Positions 8,057 to 18,313 are shown, counted from the stretch's first letter. The stretch: DNA of 32,171 bases from Bdellovibrionota bacterium (GCA_963169515.1 CAUJEF010000079.1:1-32171); one strand, 5' to 3'. Notes: generated from the sequence alone by a model not told the origin. Numbers and translations: made by a program.

Positions 8057-11000
8057 TTTTTCGGCAAGAAATCGCTTTTTGGTTCTGTCTGTTACGGCGG
8101 TTTTTGTATTACTGGGGTTTTATTCTTTAAAAAAAATTCCGCTGGACGCGATTCCTGATTTATCCGATACACAAGTCATTATCTATTCAAGATGGGATCG
8201 TTCGCCTGACATTATGGAAAACCAAGTAACCTATCCCATCGCTTCGTCAATGTTGGGTTCGGCGAAGGTTAAAGCCGTTCGCGGATTTTCAGATTATGGG
8301 TTTTCATATGTTTACGTTATTTTTGAAGATGGGGTTGATCTCTACTGGGCACGAAGCCGTGTTTTGGAAAGTTTGAATAGAATCACATCATCAATTCCCC
8401 AAGGGGTTAAAACTGAAATCGGACCTGATGCTACAAGCGTGGGTTGGGTGTATCAATATGCGCTTCGGGACGAATCGGGAAAGTTTAACCCTTCCGATCT
8501 GAGGTCTATGCAGGATTGGCTTATTCGTTTTCAGTTGCAGTCGGTTCAAGGCGTTGCCGAAGTCGCCCCCGTTGGTGGGTTTGTAAAACAATATCAAGTT
8601 AGAGTTGATCCAACGAAGTTAGCGCTTTTCCAAGTGACTATGGGTGAAGTCATGAATGCTGTTCGCAATTCAAATCAAGAAAGCGGCGGCAGGACCATCG
8701 AATTTTCTGGTGCGGAGGCTATGGTAAGAAGCCGAGGTCTGGTTGATAAAACAGAAGACATTGAAAATGCTGTTGTTGCCTATAATCCACGCAGTCGCGC
8801 TCCAATTATATTAAAGCAGGTGGCTACTGTTTCTGTAGGGCCTGAAATGAGACGCGGCATCACGGATTTCAACGGCCTCGGTGATACCGTTGGAGGTATC
8901 GTTGTCATGAGGCAGGGAGAAAATGTTCCTGTCGTTATCGAAAGAGTAAAAGAGAAACTTGCAGAGATTCAGAAATCTCTTCCAGAAGGTGTTAAAATTA
9001 TTTCGGTTTATGACCGCTCTGAAATTATTGATCGTGCAATGGAAACTCTAAGATCTGCCTTGGTCGAAGAGCTTATAATTGTAAGCCTCATTATTTTGCT
9101 TTTTTTATGGCATATTCCTTCGGCACTTGTGCCAATTGCCACCATACCTATTTCTGTTCTTATAGCGTTTATTCCGCTCTATTTAATGGGGCAGACATCG
9201 AATATCATGTCACTTTCTGGAATTGCCATTTCCATTGGGGTACTTGTTGACGGCGCGATCGTCGAAGTCGAAAATGCTTATCGAAAAATTCAACATTGGG
9301 ACGAGGGTGGACGGAAGGAAAGTTTTTTCGATGTTCGTCTTGAGGCACTGAAAGAGGTTGGCCCTTCGGTTTTCTTTTCACTGCTTGTGATCTCAGTTTC
9401 GTTTATTCCGATTTTCACATTAATAGATCAAGAAGGCCGCCTTTTTAAACCACTTGCTTTGTCAAAAAACCTCACTATGGCTATTGCGGCAATTCTCGCT
9501 GTCACCCTTGATCCTGCAATGCGTATGCTTTTTGCAAGAGCTGACAATTTTAAAACAAAGAATAATTGGTTAAATAAGATTGGTAACGCAACACTTGTTG
9601 GCACCTATTATTCTGAATTTAAACATCCGATCAGCAAGCGTCTTTTTAAAATTTATGAGCCCGTTATTAATTGGGTTTTGGAACACAAAAAGAAAACTTT
9701 AGGATTTGCCTTGGCCTGCATGCTTTCGGTTATTCCTGGGTTTATGTTGTTGGGGTCAGAATTTATGCCGACTCTGCATGAAGGAAGTCTTCTTTATATG
9801 CCAACAGCGCTCCCCGGGATTTCTGTTAGCGAGGCACAAAAATTACTTACCAAGCAGGATGAAATCATAAAATCGTTTCCTGAAGTAGAGTCCGTTTTCG
9901 GAAAGGCGGGGCGCGCAGACACGTCGACAGACACGGCGCCACTAAGTATGTTTGAAACGACTATTGTTTTGAAACCAAAAGCCGAGTGGCGTAAACATAT
10001 TCGCAGCGAAGAACAACTTATCGATGAGATGAATGAAAAATTGAGCTTTATTGGGATGCCCAATATATGGACCATGCCGATTAAAAACCGTATCGATATG
10101 CTTTCAACAGGTATTCGCAGCCCCATCGGTATAAAAATTTTTGGTCCCGACCTTAAGACAATACAATCCATCGGTGAAAATATAGAAAAAGAACTTAAAG
10201 CACTGCCGGCCACGCGAACAGTCGTAGCTGAGCGTATCGCGAGCGGTTATTTTTTGGATATCGATTTTGATCGTGAAAAACTAAAGGTGTACGGGCTTTC
10301 TTTGAAAGAGGCTCAAGATCAAGCCATGATTGCGATTGGTGGAGAAAATGTTTCGCAAATTTTGGCGGGGCGTGAACGTTATCCGATTCAAGTGCGTTTG
10401 GCTCCTGCTTTTAGGCAAGATTCGAAAAATATAAAAAGAATTTTGATAACAAGTCCTACGGGAGCTCAAATCCCTTTGTCTGAAATAGCAAAGGTTCGCT
10501 ACAAAGACGGACCTTCCATGATTCGTAATGAAAATGCCTCTCTTGTTGGCTATGTCTATGTCGATATTGATATGAATCAAACCGATATTGGCACTTATGT
10601 TAAAAGTGCCCAAAATCTGTTAAGTAAAAACATTCAAATTCCCAAAGGTTACCTTATCAATTGGAGCGGGCAGTTTGAAAATATGGAACGTGTGAAAGAA
10701 CGATTAAAAACCGTTATACCAATTACGCTTATTCTTATTATTTTTCTTCTTTATTTCAATACAAAGTCTTGGGTAAAAACGGGTATCGTGCTGTTAGCGG
10801 TTCCATTTTCATTGATTGGTGCCGTCTGGCTTCTTGTGTTTTTGGGATATAATCTTTCGATAGCGGCTTGGGTGGGCATGATAGCGCTTTTGGGCCTGGA
10901 TGCCGAGACCGGTGTTTTTATGTTGATGTATCTTGATTTGGCTTTTAACGATCGCGTTAAAAAAGGACAAATGAATTCCAGCTTGGATTTAAAAGCTGCA

Positions 11001-11216
11001 GTAATAGAAGGCGCTGTCCATAGGATACGGCCTAAACTTATGACAGTGGCGGCGTTGTTCATGGGTTTAATTCCGATTATGTGGTCTATTGGCACCGGAT
11101 CAGACGTAATGAAACGAATCGCAGCCCCAATGATGGGCGGATTGTTTACGTCATTTGCCTTGGAACTTTTGATTTATCCTGTTGTTTATTATGCATGGAA
11201 AGAGCGCACCCTATGA
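8037..11216 (+). CDS. cusA: CusA/SilA-family heavy-metal RND permease
   Basis: PLDAIPDLSDTQVII, LGSEFMPTLHEG, WTMPIKNRIDML, RIRPKLMT, GSDVMKRIAAPM. Start moved to ATG 8037 (MINAIIDFS). Confidence 0.93.
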   Translation: MINAIIDFSARNRFLVLSVTAVFVLLGFYSLKKIPLDAIPDLSDTQVIIYSRWDRSPDIMENQVTYPIASSMLGSAKVKAVRGFSDYGFSYVYVIFEDGVDLYWARSRVLESLNRITSSIPQGVKTEIGPDATSVGWVYQYALRDESGKFNPSDLRSMQDWLIRFQLQSVQGVAEVAPVGGFVKQYQVRVDPTKLALFQVTMGEVMNAVRNSNQESGGRTIEFSGAEAMVRSRGLVDKTEDIENAVVAYNPRSRAPIILKQVATVSVGPEMRRGITDFNGLGDTVGGIVVMRQGENVPVVIERVKEKLAEIQKSLPEGVKIISVYDRSEIIDRAMETLRSALVEELIIVSLIILLFLWHIPSALVPIATIPISVLIAFIPLYLMGQTSNIMSLSGIAISIGVLVDGAIVEVENAYRKIQHWDEGGRKESFFDVRLEALKEVGPSVFFSLLVISVSFIPIFTLIDQEGRLFKPLALSKNLTMAIAAILAVTLDPAMRMLFARADNFKTKNNWLNKIGNATLVGTYYSEFKHPISKRLFKIYEPVINWVLEHKKKTLGFALACMLSVIPGFMLLGSEFMPTLHEGSLLYMPTALPGISVSEAQKLLTKQDEIIKSFPEVESVFGKAGRADTSTDTAPLSMFETTIVLKPKAEWRKHIRSEEQLIDEMNEKLSFIGMPNIWTMPIKNRIDMLSTGIRSPIGIKIFGPDLKTIQSIGENIEKELKALPATRTVVAERIASGYFLDIDFDREKLKVYGLSLKEAQDQAMIAIGGENVSQILAGRERYPIQVRLAPAFRQDSKNIKRILITSPTGAQIPLSEIAKVRYKDGPSMIRNENASLVGYVYVDIDMNQTDIGTYVKSAQNLLSKNIQIPKGYLINWSGQFENMERVKERLKTVIPITLILIIFLLYFNTKSWVKTGIVLLAVPFSLIGAVWLLVFLGYNLSIAAWVGMIALLGLDAETGVFMLMYLDLAFNDRVKKGQMNSSLDLKAAVIEGAVHRIRPKLMTVAALFMGLIPIMWSIGTGSDVMKRIAAPMMGGLFTSFALELLIYPVVYYAWKERTL

Positions 11217-11337
11217 CCCATAGCCACATCACGCAATCAGGGACTCGTTTACAATAAAAGTGTGGACATTTTGTTATCAATTTGACAAAACGGTCCCGCC
11301 ACGGTCCTAGACTATAATAATATTGGAAAGGCATCTT

Positions 11338-12756
11338 ATGAGATTACATCTAGCAACTCTACTACTGATTCCAGTTCTTTTTGGATGTTGGAAAAAAAAC
11401 GGGGCGAAGCTTGAAGACCCCGAAAAGCTGGCAAAAGTAACGGCTCAACTGACCTATGCCCCTGAGGTTCCAGCACCGCTGAATCGTGGCCCATCAAGGG
11501 TCACAGTAAATCTGGAAACTAAAGAGGTGATAAAGCGTTTGGCCGATGGGGTCGACTATACATTTTGGACATTTGGCGGGAGTGTGCCGGGACCATTTAT
11601 TCGGATTCGTGTGGGCGATTATGTTGACTTCACGTTAAGCAATCATCCGAATAGTAAAATGCCTCACAATATCGATCTCCACGCTGTGACCGGGCAAGGC
11701 GGCGGAGCTGAAGGCTCGTTCACTGCTCCCGGACATAGCTCGACATTTTCGTTTCGTGCTTTGAATTCGGGCTTGTACATTTATCATTGTGCAACTGCGC
11801 CCGTGGGTATGCATATCGCTAACGGTATGTATGGGTTGATTCTGGTTGAGCCAGAAGAAGGCTTGCCCAAAGTAGATCGTGAATTTTATGTCGTACAAAG
11901 CGAATTTTATACCAAAGGGAAATATGGCGAGCGTGGTTTGCAACCGTTCGACATGGAAAAGGCAATTGCTGAAAATCCAGATTACGTCGTATTTAACGGT
12001 TCCGTCGGAGCTGTTGCAAACGGTAATTCTATGGAAGCAAAAGTCGGCGAAAAGGTCCGCATATTCGTTGGAAATGGAGGGCCGAATTTAGTGTCTTCAT
12101 TTCACGTAATTGGTGAAATTTTTGACCATGTATATGGCGAGGGTGGGGCCGTTGTTTCGCAGAAAAATGTTCAAACAACATTGGTGCCTGCGGGTGGTTC
12201 AGCCATTGTCGATTTTGTTGTTGATAACCCATCGACACTGATTTTAGTCGATCACTCAATATTCCGTGCCTTCAACAAAGGCGCACTTGGTATGTTAAAG
12301 GTTCCGGGCGAGGTTAACAAGATGATCTATACTGGAAAAACGGTAGATTCTGTTTACTTAGCAGAGGGTGGTGCAATCCAAACCATGCCGGATGAAAAAG
12401 CGGCTCCAGCGTTTGCAGCAAAAGATTTTTCTGAACGCTTGAAAGCGGGAGAAGCTGCATACAAAGCAAACTGTGCAGCTTGCCATCAACCTAATGGTGA
12501 AGGTATTGCGAGCGTATTTCCCCCACTTGCAAAATCAGACTTCTTAATGGCAAATAAGAACCGCACGATTGATATCGTGATTAAAGGACTTGAGGGCGAA
12601 ATCACGGTTAATGGTCAAAAGTATAATAGTGTAATGCCTTCGTTGGGGCTATCGGACGAGACAATCGCTAACGCACTCACTTATGTACGCAACAGTTGGG
12701 GAAACAAGGGAGACGAAGTCACGCCTGAGCAGGTTAAGGCGCGCAGAGGTAAATAA
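11338..12756 (+). CDS. nirK: Copper-containing nitrite reductase lipoprotein with C-terminal cytochrome c
   Basis: Lipobox [45 protein letters not shown]-terminal CAACH heme motif. Confidence 0.93.
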   Translation: MRLHLATLLLIPVLFGCWKKNGAKLEDPEKLAKVTAQLTYAPEVPAPLNRGPSRVTVNLETKEVIKRLADGVDYTFWTFGGSVPGPFIRIRVGDYVDFTLSNHPNSKMPHNIDLHAVTGQGGGAEGSFTAPGHSSTFSFRALNSGLYIYHCATAPVGMHIANGMYGLILVEPEEGLPKVDREFYVVQSEFYTKGKYGERGLQPFDMEKAIAENPDYVVFNGSVGAVANGNSMEAKVGEKVRIFVGNGGPNLVSSFHVIGEIFDHVYGEGGAVVSQKNVQTTLVPAGGSAIVDFVVDNPSTLILVDHSIFRAFNKGALGMLKVPGEVNKMIYTGKTVDSVYLAEGGAIQTMPDEKAAPAFAAKDFSERLKAGEAAYKANCAACHQPNGEGIASVFPPLAKSDFLMANKNRTIDIVIKGLEGEITVNGQKYNSVMPSLGLSDETIANALTYVRNSWGNKGDEVTPEQVKARRGK

Positions 12757-13505
12757 TGTTTTTTTGGGGGACGTTGCTCCTCATTCTAAACTCGGCACTG
12801 GCTCAATCGCCATCTGAAGTTTTGATTAAGAAAGGAACATACGTTCCTTTCTTTCGAGATTTAAATGAAAGTGATCAAGAGCTAGGACCGCTGGTTGTCG
12901 ATAAATATCCTGTTACCAACAAAGATTTCTTGGCATTTGTGAAAAAAAATCCGTCATGGAAAAAATCGCAAGTCAAAGCGTTATTTGCAAATAATAGATA
13001 TTTGGAACACTGGAAAGACGATTTGTCAGTTTCAGCAGATATACGTGATTTGCCGATAACAAATGTTTCTTGGTTTGCTGCGCGCGCCTACTGTCGCAGT
13101 AAGGGAAAGAGACTTTTAAAAACGAGTGAATGGGAATACGTTTCCGATGCTCAAAATAAGCAAAATCTTGATTTGATTCTAAACTGGTATGGCAAAACGG
13201 GGACAAAGTTAAAACCTGTCAGTGAGGCCGTTGAGAACATTTACGGTATCGTAGGAATGCATGGGTTGATTTGGGAATGGGTTGATGACTTTGGATCTGC
13301 GATTCTGTCGAATGATTCGCGTAAATCCAATGAATCAAGTAAATCGTTATACTGCGGTAGCGGTTCTCTAAAGGCAAAGGACCCTAGTCAGTACGCAACA
13401 TTTATGCGCTTTGCCCACAGGAGCAGTCTGCGCGCAGATTCCGTTGGAAGAACCCTGGGGTTTAGATGTGCTAAAGATCTTATCACAGATAAGGGAGATT
13501 TATGA
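12756..13505 (+). CDS. Formylglycine-generating-enzyme (SUMF1)-domain protein, NirV-like
   Basis: PVTNKDF, VSWFAARAYC...RL..EWEY, HGLIWEW, LGFRCA; translationally coupled to nirK (TAATG). Confidence 0.85.
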   Translation: MFFWGTLLLILNSALAQSPSEVLIKKGTYVPFFRDLNESDQELGPLVVDKYPVTNKDFLAFVKKNPSWKKSQVKALFANNRYLEHWKDDLSVSADIRDLPITNVSWFAARAYCRSKGKRLLKTSEWEYVSDAQNKQNLDLILNWYGKTGTKLKPVSEAVENIYGIVGMHGLIWEWVDDFGSAILSNDSRKSNESSKSLYCGSGSLKAKDPSQYATFMRFAHRSSLRADSVGRTLGFRCAKDLITDKGDL

Positions 13506-14092
13506 GAACACTGATAATTAGTTTTAGTTTTTTCTGGTTAGCAGGGATATCAATTGCGAGCGAAAGCTGCCATGAGGATACGAAATCGACAAAGCAAGCG
13601 CTTCCAGGGGATTCGCTTTATAACCTTTCATCGGAATGGATGAATCAAAAGGGGCAAACTGTAAATATCGCAAGTTTGCAAGGCCAATATCGTTTTATCG
13701 TTATGGCATACACGAAATGTCAAACGGCTTGCCCTCTTATGGTAAAAACCATTCAGCAGGTGCGATCTAATTTGCCAAAAAATAAAAACAAGCAGCTAAG
13801 GGTTGACGTTTTTTCATTCGAATCCGAAGCTGAAAATAAAGAATCCTTGGCCGGGTTTGTGCAAAAATATAAATTGGACGACACATGGTCTGTGTATAAA
13901 GCCGATGCTGGCAGCGTCGCAGAGCTTGCGGCAGCCCTTGGGGTTCAGTACAAGAGGATGTCATCTGGTGAATATATTCACTCAAATTTACTGTTCGTAT
14001 TAAACGATAAAGGCCAAATTATCGCTAAGCACGAGGGCCTTTCCAAACCGGGCAAGGATTTTCTCGCCCAGGTCAGCAAAGCTATACCCTGA
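13502..14092 (+). CDS. SCO family copper chaperone
   Basis: YTKCQTACP (CxxxC) and YIHSN; ATGA overlap with the previous gene. Confidence 0.88.
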   Translation: MRTLIISFSFFWLAGISIASESCHEDTKSTKQALPGDSLYNLSSEWMNQKGQTVNIASLQGQYRFIVMAYTKCQTACPLMVKTIQQVRSNLPKNKNKQLRVDVFSFESEAENKESLAGFVQKYKLDDTWSVYKADAGSVAELAAALGVQYKRMSSGEYIHSNLLFVLNDKGQIIAKHEGLSKPGKDFLAQVSKAIP

Positions 14093-14104
14093 GAAAGCCA
14101 CCCT

Positions 14105-14138
14105 TTGCGCATTGCACATCAAAAAGGTACGGCCTACC
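14105..14138. repeat. Exact 34-bp direct repeat, copy 1
   Basis: TTGCGCATTGCACATCAAAAAGGTACGGCCTACC, identical to 15676-15709. Confidence 0.95.
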
Positions 14139-15534
14139 TAGGACATGGAATAAACGCTTTCGAGAATATGACTTGGTCAAATCGATGGGAATATGCCGAA
14201 TTTGTTTGGCCGTTTTGGTAAATCGCCAAAAGCAAAGTGTTCCATCCGTTTCGTGCAACAGCCCCAGAGGTGTTTCCTGATCCATCAAAGTAAGCAGGAT
14301 AAATAACATCCCAAATTTTGACATATTTTGTATCACCTTCGTGTGCTGCCCAGACTTCAAATCTTGTGTCGGCAACGCCATTGTGGCCTGGGGTGACGTG
14401 ATAGAGAAGCGTGTCCCAGCCAAAGGAATAGGACCAACATCCGCCAACATTATTGTTGCTTGGGTCGCAAACTCCGGGGAGCTCAGATCCAAGTTGAATT
14501 CCTGGTTCGTTTGAATTTACAGCGACGTCTGCAAGGGGAGCATAGTTGTAGCCTTGGTAAACAGAGTGAAAGTTTGGAACACCCACACCGCCGGGACGTT
14601 GAAAAAAGGCGGAGTAGGTCACAAGCTCCTGGGCCGTGTAAGAATTATTTGTTGTTGAAAGCCATACAAGTTTGCCGACCTGTGTGTTTCCGACGGTTGT
14701 TCTAACTGGATCAGCTTTTACTCGAACTTGTAAATAAAAATCTGTTCCATCAAAAAAGGAGTTTTGGTAATCAGCGTGGCCATACCAACCGGGCTTAGCA
14801 GTTGATCCCCAGTTATAGAGTTGTCCACCGCCATCTGTTGCAACAAAGTTTTGTGGAGTGAGAGTGCCACTCGCGCCTGGGTCATCGACGCCACGTCCAT
14901 TACCAGCACCAACAATTGGACTGAATGGGCGGTTCCAGTAGGTTCCATCTCCTGATGATCCGGCGGGACGATCAATTTGAAGAAAGCCCCCACCATCTGC
15001 GCCACCAGAAGAAACCCAGTGGGTGTTGGCCGCGTAGGCGCTACCAATGGCTCTTGGGTCGTTTCCGCCTCTGTATCCGCCGGTCCAGCGGAATGCGTTC
15101 ACTTCGGCTGCTGAATCGAAATTGTGGTACCAAACTACGCTGGGGCCACTAACTCGCTCGTTCCAATCGCCCGTTGAACCAGGAGGTGGTGTTGGCACAG
15201 GAGTTGGTGTTGGTGGCCGTGGAGTTGCTGTCGGAGGCACAGGGGTCGGTGTTGGTGGTCGTGGGGTTGCTGTCGGAGGCACAGGGGTTGGTGTTGGTGG
15301 TCGTGGTGTTGCTGTCGGGGGCACAGGAGTTGGTGTTGGTGGTCGTGGAGTTGCTGTCGGAGGTACAGGGGTCGGTGTGGCAGTGGGAACAACTGTTGGT
15401 GCGGGGGAAGTGCCAGTTGAAGATTGTTGATTAAATCCCTTAATGGATTTGAACCCTTCGCCACAGTTATTGAACAATGCTGTGAGCGATATTATCGTAA
15501 CTACGGTTCCCCATTTTTGTATGACTTGTTTCAT
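14134..15534 (-). CDS. LFNNCG lipoprotein, Pro/Thr stalk, type-A head (probable beta-sandwich, lyase/LamG-like)
   Basis: TALFNNCG lipobox; ([14 protein letters not shown])x4; Gly/Trp/Asn-rich head ending [15 protein letters not shown]. Fold is inferred. Confidence 0.8.
   Translation of the reverse strand: MKQVIQKWGTVVTIISLTALFNNCGEGFKSIKGFNQQSSTGTSPAPTVVPTATPTPVPPTATPRPPTPTPVPPTATPRPPTPTPVPPTATPRPPTPTPVPPTATPRPPTPTPVPTPPPGSTGDWNERVSGPSVVWYHNFDSAAEVNAFRWTGGYRGGNDPRAIGSAYAANTHWVSSGGADGGGFLQIDRPAGSSGDGTYWNRPFSPIVGAGNGRGVDDPGASGTLTPQNFVATDGGGQLYNWGSTAKPGWYGHADYQNSFFDGTDFYLQVRVKADPVRTTVGNTQVGKLVWLSTTNNSYTAQELVTYSAFFQRPGGVGVPNFHSVYQGYNYAPLADVAVNSNEPGIQLGSELPGVCDPSNNNVGGCWSYSFGWDTLLYHVTPGHNGVADTRFEVWAAHEGDTKYVKIWDVIYPAYFDGSGNTSGAVARNGWNTLLLAIYQNGQTNSAYSHRFDQVIFSKAFIPCPR
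15195..15378 (-). repeat. 42-bp coding tandem repeat (about 4.3 units) encoding [14 protein letters not shown]
   Basis: Visible in both DNA and protein; units differ mainly at synonymous positions. Edges approximate. Confidence 0.9.
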
Positions 15535-15675
15535 TTGTCCCCCTTAAGCCTGTCCCATCTACAAATATATTCACAATTTGTGCCTGAAAACACACCTAAA
15601 ATTACTGGGCTTTCTCAGATTGATACGCTTATGCTTTTGATACTGTTTATATGATCAACAGAGGGGCCATACTTG

Positions 15676-15709
15676 TTGCGCATTGCACATCAAAAAGGTA
15701 CGGCCTACC
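15676..15709. repeat. Exact 34-bp direct repeat, copy 2
   Basis: Identical to 14105-14138. Confidence 0.95.
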
Positions 15710-15729
15710 CTCTAGGGGGCGCACTGCCT

Positions 15730-15745
15730 CGGCATATTGCTTGCT
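15730..15745 (+). promoter_or_regulatory. Putative sigma54 -24/-12 promoter
   Basis: CGGCATATTGCTTGCT; GG(15731-32)-N10-GC(15743-44) before ATG 15759. Confidence 0.6.
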
Positions 15746-15758
15746 TTGTACTTGGGGT

Positions 15759-16406
15759 ATGAAGTTTCTTGTTATCGTTTTCATGCTATTGCCAACTCCT
15801 TCATATGCTATTTTTTGCAAGAACATTTTCACTGACGGTCAATTGCATCCGGCATTCGAAAACCATCTTACGCCTGCCAAAAAAGCATTTGAAAAATTGA
15901 TTATGGAACTGCAGACCAGATCACCGAGTCGCCATACGGACCGGATATTCACCGCCATTAACGAGCGTGACTATAAGCTAGCAGCTTTTGTCGGGCCCGC
16001 CGATATTTTTAAATTTTTGTCGGAAGTCGGGGAAAAACCAACTGGCATCAGGAGCCCCATTTTACGATCTGCCGGTCGACTGATGGCGTTCTTGGTCGTT
16101 TGGACCACTGTTTACGAGACAATATTTGGTGGTCACCAGCCGGGCTATTGGTGGTCGGACGCTGCATGGTGGGGTCCAACCTTGATGTTTGTTTTAGGGA
16201 ATTTTGCAAAGGAATGGAAAGAAGATCAATTTATGAATGAAGACGCTTACATTCGTGAAATGAAATCTTATTTAACAGGCGAAAAAATCCTGCCCGAAGA
16301 TCAGCCAATCGTTTACTCGGCGTGGACAAACCAAGGAAGAAATGGTGCCGGCCTCGCGCTTTCAAAGCACAATGGTCTATATTCACTATATGTCATCCAG
16401 TGGTGA
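15759..16406 (+). CDS. Hypothetical exported or membrane protein
   Basis: Signal peptide MKFLVIVFMLLPTPSYA followed by IFCKNIF; two internal hydrophobic segments. Start moved to ATG 15759. Confidence 0.7.
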   Translation: MKFLVIVFMLLPTPSYAIFCKNIFTDGQLHPAFENHLTPAKKAFEKLIMELQTRSPSRHTDRIFTAINERDYKLAAFVGPADIFKFLSEVGEKPTGIRSPILRSAGRLMAFLVVWTTVYETIFGGHQPGYWWSDAAWWGPTLMFVLGNFAKEWKEDQFMNEDAYIREMKSYLTGEKILPEDQPIVYSAWTNQGRNGAGLALSKHNGLYSLYVIQW

Positions 16407-16496
16407 ATCAAATCTAGATCCTACGTTGGTCTACTAGACTCGAATAGTTCTCTCTCCACCCGATAAGGTAGTACCCCTTACGGAAGAGAGGATCTC

Positions 16497-17804
16497 ATGA
16501 ATCGTCGTGATTTTTTAAAAGTTTCTTCAATCTCTGCCTCTGTATTGACACTTGATCTGATGATATTCCAAAAAGCAGAAGCCGCCAGGGACCCGAGGCG
16601 GGACATTAACTATGTCCGTGCGAATGGTTTTAGTATCCTTCAAGGTCTGACCACGGCGACCACTACACAATTGACGGTGGACGTGCCAAAAACAATGACT
16701 GTTCACTATGAGCTACGCGATATCAGCAATGGACGATTGATAGATCCGTTCTATTTCAAGTCGGTTTCACGAGCTAAGCCAACCTATCGTGTGGACAAAC
16801 TAGGCTATACAAACTTGCCATATTTGGGGAAGTTCATTTTCCGAGTTCTCGACGATAAGGGTACAGTTCTTGATGAGCGCTACCTTGGACTCGTAGATCT
16901 AAATAAATTGGATGCACGTATTGCAATCATGTCGTGTATGAATTCCGACAACAAAAACAGAGAGAAAATTTGGCCGCGTGTAGAAGCTGCCAACTGTGAT
17001 ATGCTATTTTTTATTGGCGACCATGTTTACGGCGATCTTATGCTGATCTTCGATAGCCCAGATATGCTTTGGGATAAATATATAGAACACCGTCAACTGT
17101 TGCAGTATTATCACTGGAAAAATTTAAAGCCCGCTGTCGTAATTTGGGATGATCATGATTATGGCGCTAATAATGCCGATGGAACTTACAAGTATAAGAA
17201 TGACTCTCTAGTGACTTACAAAGCGTTCACAGCACAAGAACCTATAGCGCCAGAATTTGAGGACGGTCCAGGCGTGTCGTGTCTGCTGCGCGCATTTGGG
17301 CAAAAATTTATGTTGCTTGATAACCGTTGGTTTCGATATTTGAAATACGACGGGATCACGGGCTTTCTGGGTAAAGAACAAATTCAGTGGGCATTATCAA
17401 AAATGACCTCTGGTAGCGAACCAAATTGGATTATCGAAGGCAGTCAGTTTTTTCAATCGGGGAAAGATTGTTACAGGGCCAAAGCTGCTGCCGAATGTGA
17501 AATCTTTGCAAGAGGTATAGGTAAATTGAATTCGCCATCGATCTTTGCCGCAGGGGATGTGCACTATTCTGAATTTTCGCATGCGCCCAAAGAATGGCTA
17601 GGATACGATACATACGAAATTACAAGCAGCTGCCTGCACTCGCGTTGCCGTAAGAAGTTGCCTAAAAATAACCACAGGATTCTTGGCGCCGTTCAAGAAA
17701 ATTTTACGATAGTAGATCTGCTTCCGTCGAGAAACGATCTTGTGTTTGATTTAAAAAATATTGGAATTAATAAAATAAACTTTGAAAAGTCGATATCAAT
17801 TTAA
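16497..17804 (+). CDS. PhoD-like alkaline phosphatase family protein, Tat-exported
   Basis: MNRRDFLK twin-arginine signal; MSC, FIGDHVYGD, IWDDHDYG.N, LDNRWFR, AGDVH, YEITSS. Confidence 0.88.
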   Translation: MNRRDFLKVSSISASVLTLDLMIFQKAEAARDPRRDINYVRANGFSILQGLTTATTTQLTVDVPKTMTVHYELRDISNGRLIDPFYFKSVSRAKPTYRVDKLGYTNLPYLGKFIFRVLDDKGTVLDERYLGLVDLNKLDARIAIMSCMNSDNKNREKIWPRVEAANCDMLFFIGDHVYGDLMLIFDSPDMLWDKYIEHRQLLQYYHWKNLKPAVVIWDDHDYGANNADGTYKYKNDSLVTYKAFTAQEPIAPEFEDGPGVSCLLRAFGQKFMLLDNRWFRYLKYDGITGFLGKEQIQWALSKMTSGSEPNWIIEGSQFFQSGKDCYRAKAAAECEIFARGIGKLNSPSIFAAGDVHYSEFSHAPKEWLGYDTYEITSSCLHSRCRKKLPKNNHRILGAVQENFTIVDLLPSRNDLVFDLKNIGINKINFEKSISI

Positions 17805-17823
17805 TCCGCTAATAGTTGATAGC

Positions 17824-17857
17824 ACAAAGGCAAGGGGAGGATCCGCCTTGCCTTTGT
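17824..17857. terminator. Hairpin terminator between convergent genes
   Basis: ACAAAGGCAAGG-10nt-CCTTGCCTTTGT, 12-bp perfect stem. Confidence 0.75.
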
Positions 17858-17890
17858 CTTTAGAGTAATTAAGAAATCTTCTCGAGCAAA

Positions 17891-18085
17891 TTATGAGTGC
17901 AATTTGCGGGAAGAAGAGTAAGAAGATTGTGGTTTGCTTCCTTTTTTATGTTTTTTGGATGTTACTTTCGTTTTTTCCGTTTTCACACTTTCCGTTTTTG
18001 TGGGATTTGTCGGGGCTGTAGTTTCAGCCGCAAATGCGCCAACCGCAATTAGGGCCGTGACTAACGCTGTGGTAACTGTTTTCAT
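17891..18085 (-). CDS. Small exported basic low-complexity protein (64 aa)
   Basis: GAGG Shine-Dalgarno; signal peptide ending AFA-A; Thr/Lys/Ser-rich mature part with KKHKK. Confidence 0.65.
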   Translation of the reverse strand: MKTVTTALVTALIAVGAFAAETTAPTNPTKTESVKTEKTKVTSKKHKKGSKPQSSYSSSRKLHS

Positions 18086-18313
18086 AAGAGCCTCACTTTC
18101 TGTCGCTTTCGCGATCATTACAGCTTTTATTATGGGCTATAAACCTTAAATCGATATTAAATGGATATTAAAAGTAATTAATGCTGCTATGGTTTGTGCC
18201 CATCAACAGTCTAAATAAATGCGTTTTCACAAAAACATCCGACCAACTAACAGACAGTGTAAAAGGGACGTGCGTATCAAATTGAAAAAACATAGAAAAT
18301 TCAATGGGGAAAG

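Noticed and set aside
11229..11250. Third copy of the ECF promoter before nirK (TCAC...CGT)
   Set aside because: Spacing is 13 nt against 17 nt in the twin promoters, and the flanks do not match.
11267..11290. FNR box upstream of nirK
   Set aside because: Only the ATCAA half-site matches; there is no TTGAT-N4-ATCAA.
15195..15378. Possible CRISPR array or DGR variable/template repeats
   Set aside because: Contiguous in-frame coding repeats without spacers; no cas or reverse transcriptase gene in the window.
15047..15464. Gly/Val-rich and His/Gln-rich repeat ORFs (also at 18227-18647 and 19629-20333)
   Set aside because: Alternative frames or the antisense strand of the Pro/Thr coding repeats.
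14105..15709. The 34-bp repeats as integron attC sites or a mini-CRISPR
   Set aside because: No RYYYAAC/GTTRRRY ends or long dyad symmetry; only two copies, 1.5 kb apart.
14082..15832. Minus-strand ORFs 14082-14492 and 15647-15832 sharing [11 protein letters not shown]
   Set aside because: The shared peptide is just the translation of the 34-bp repeat; both ORFs overlap better-supported genes.
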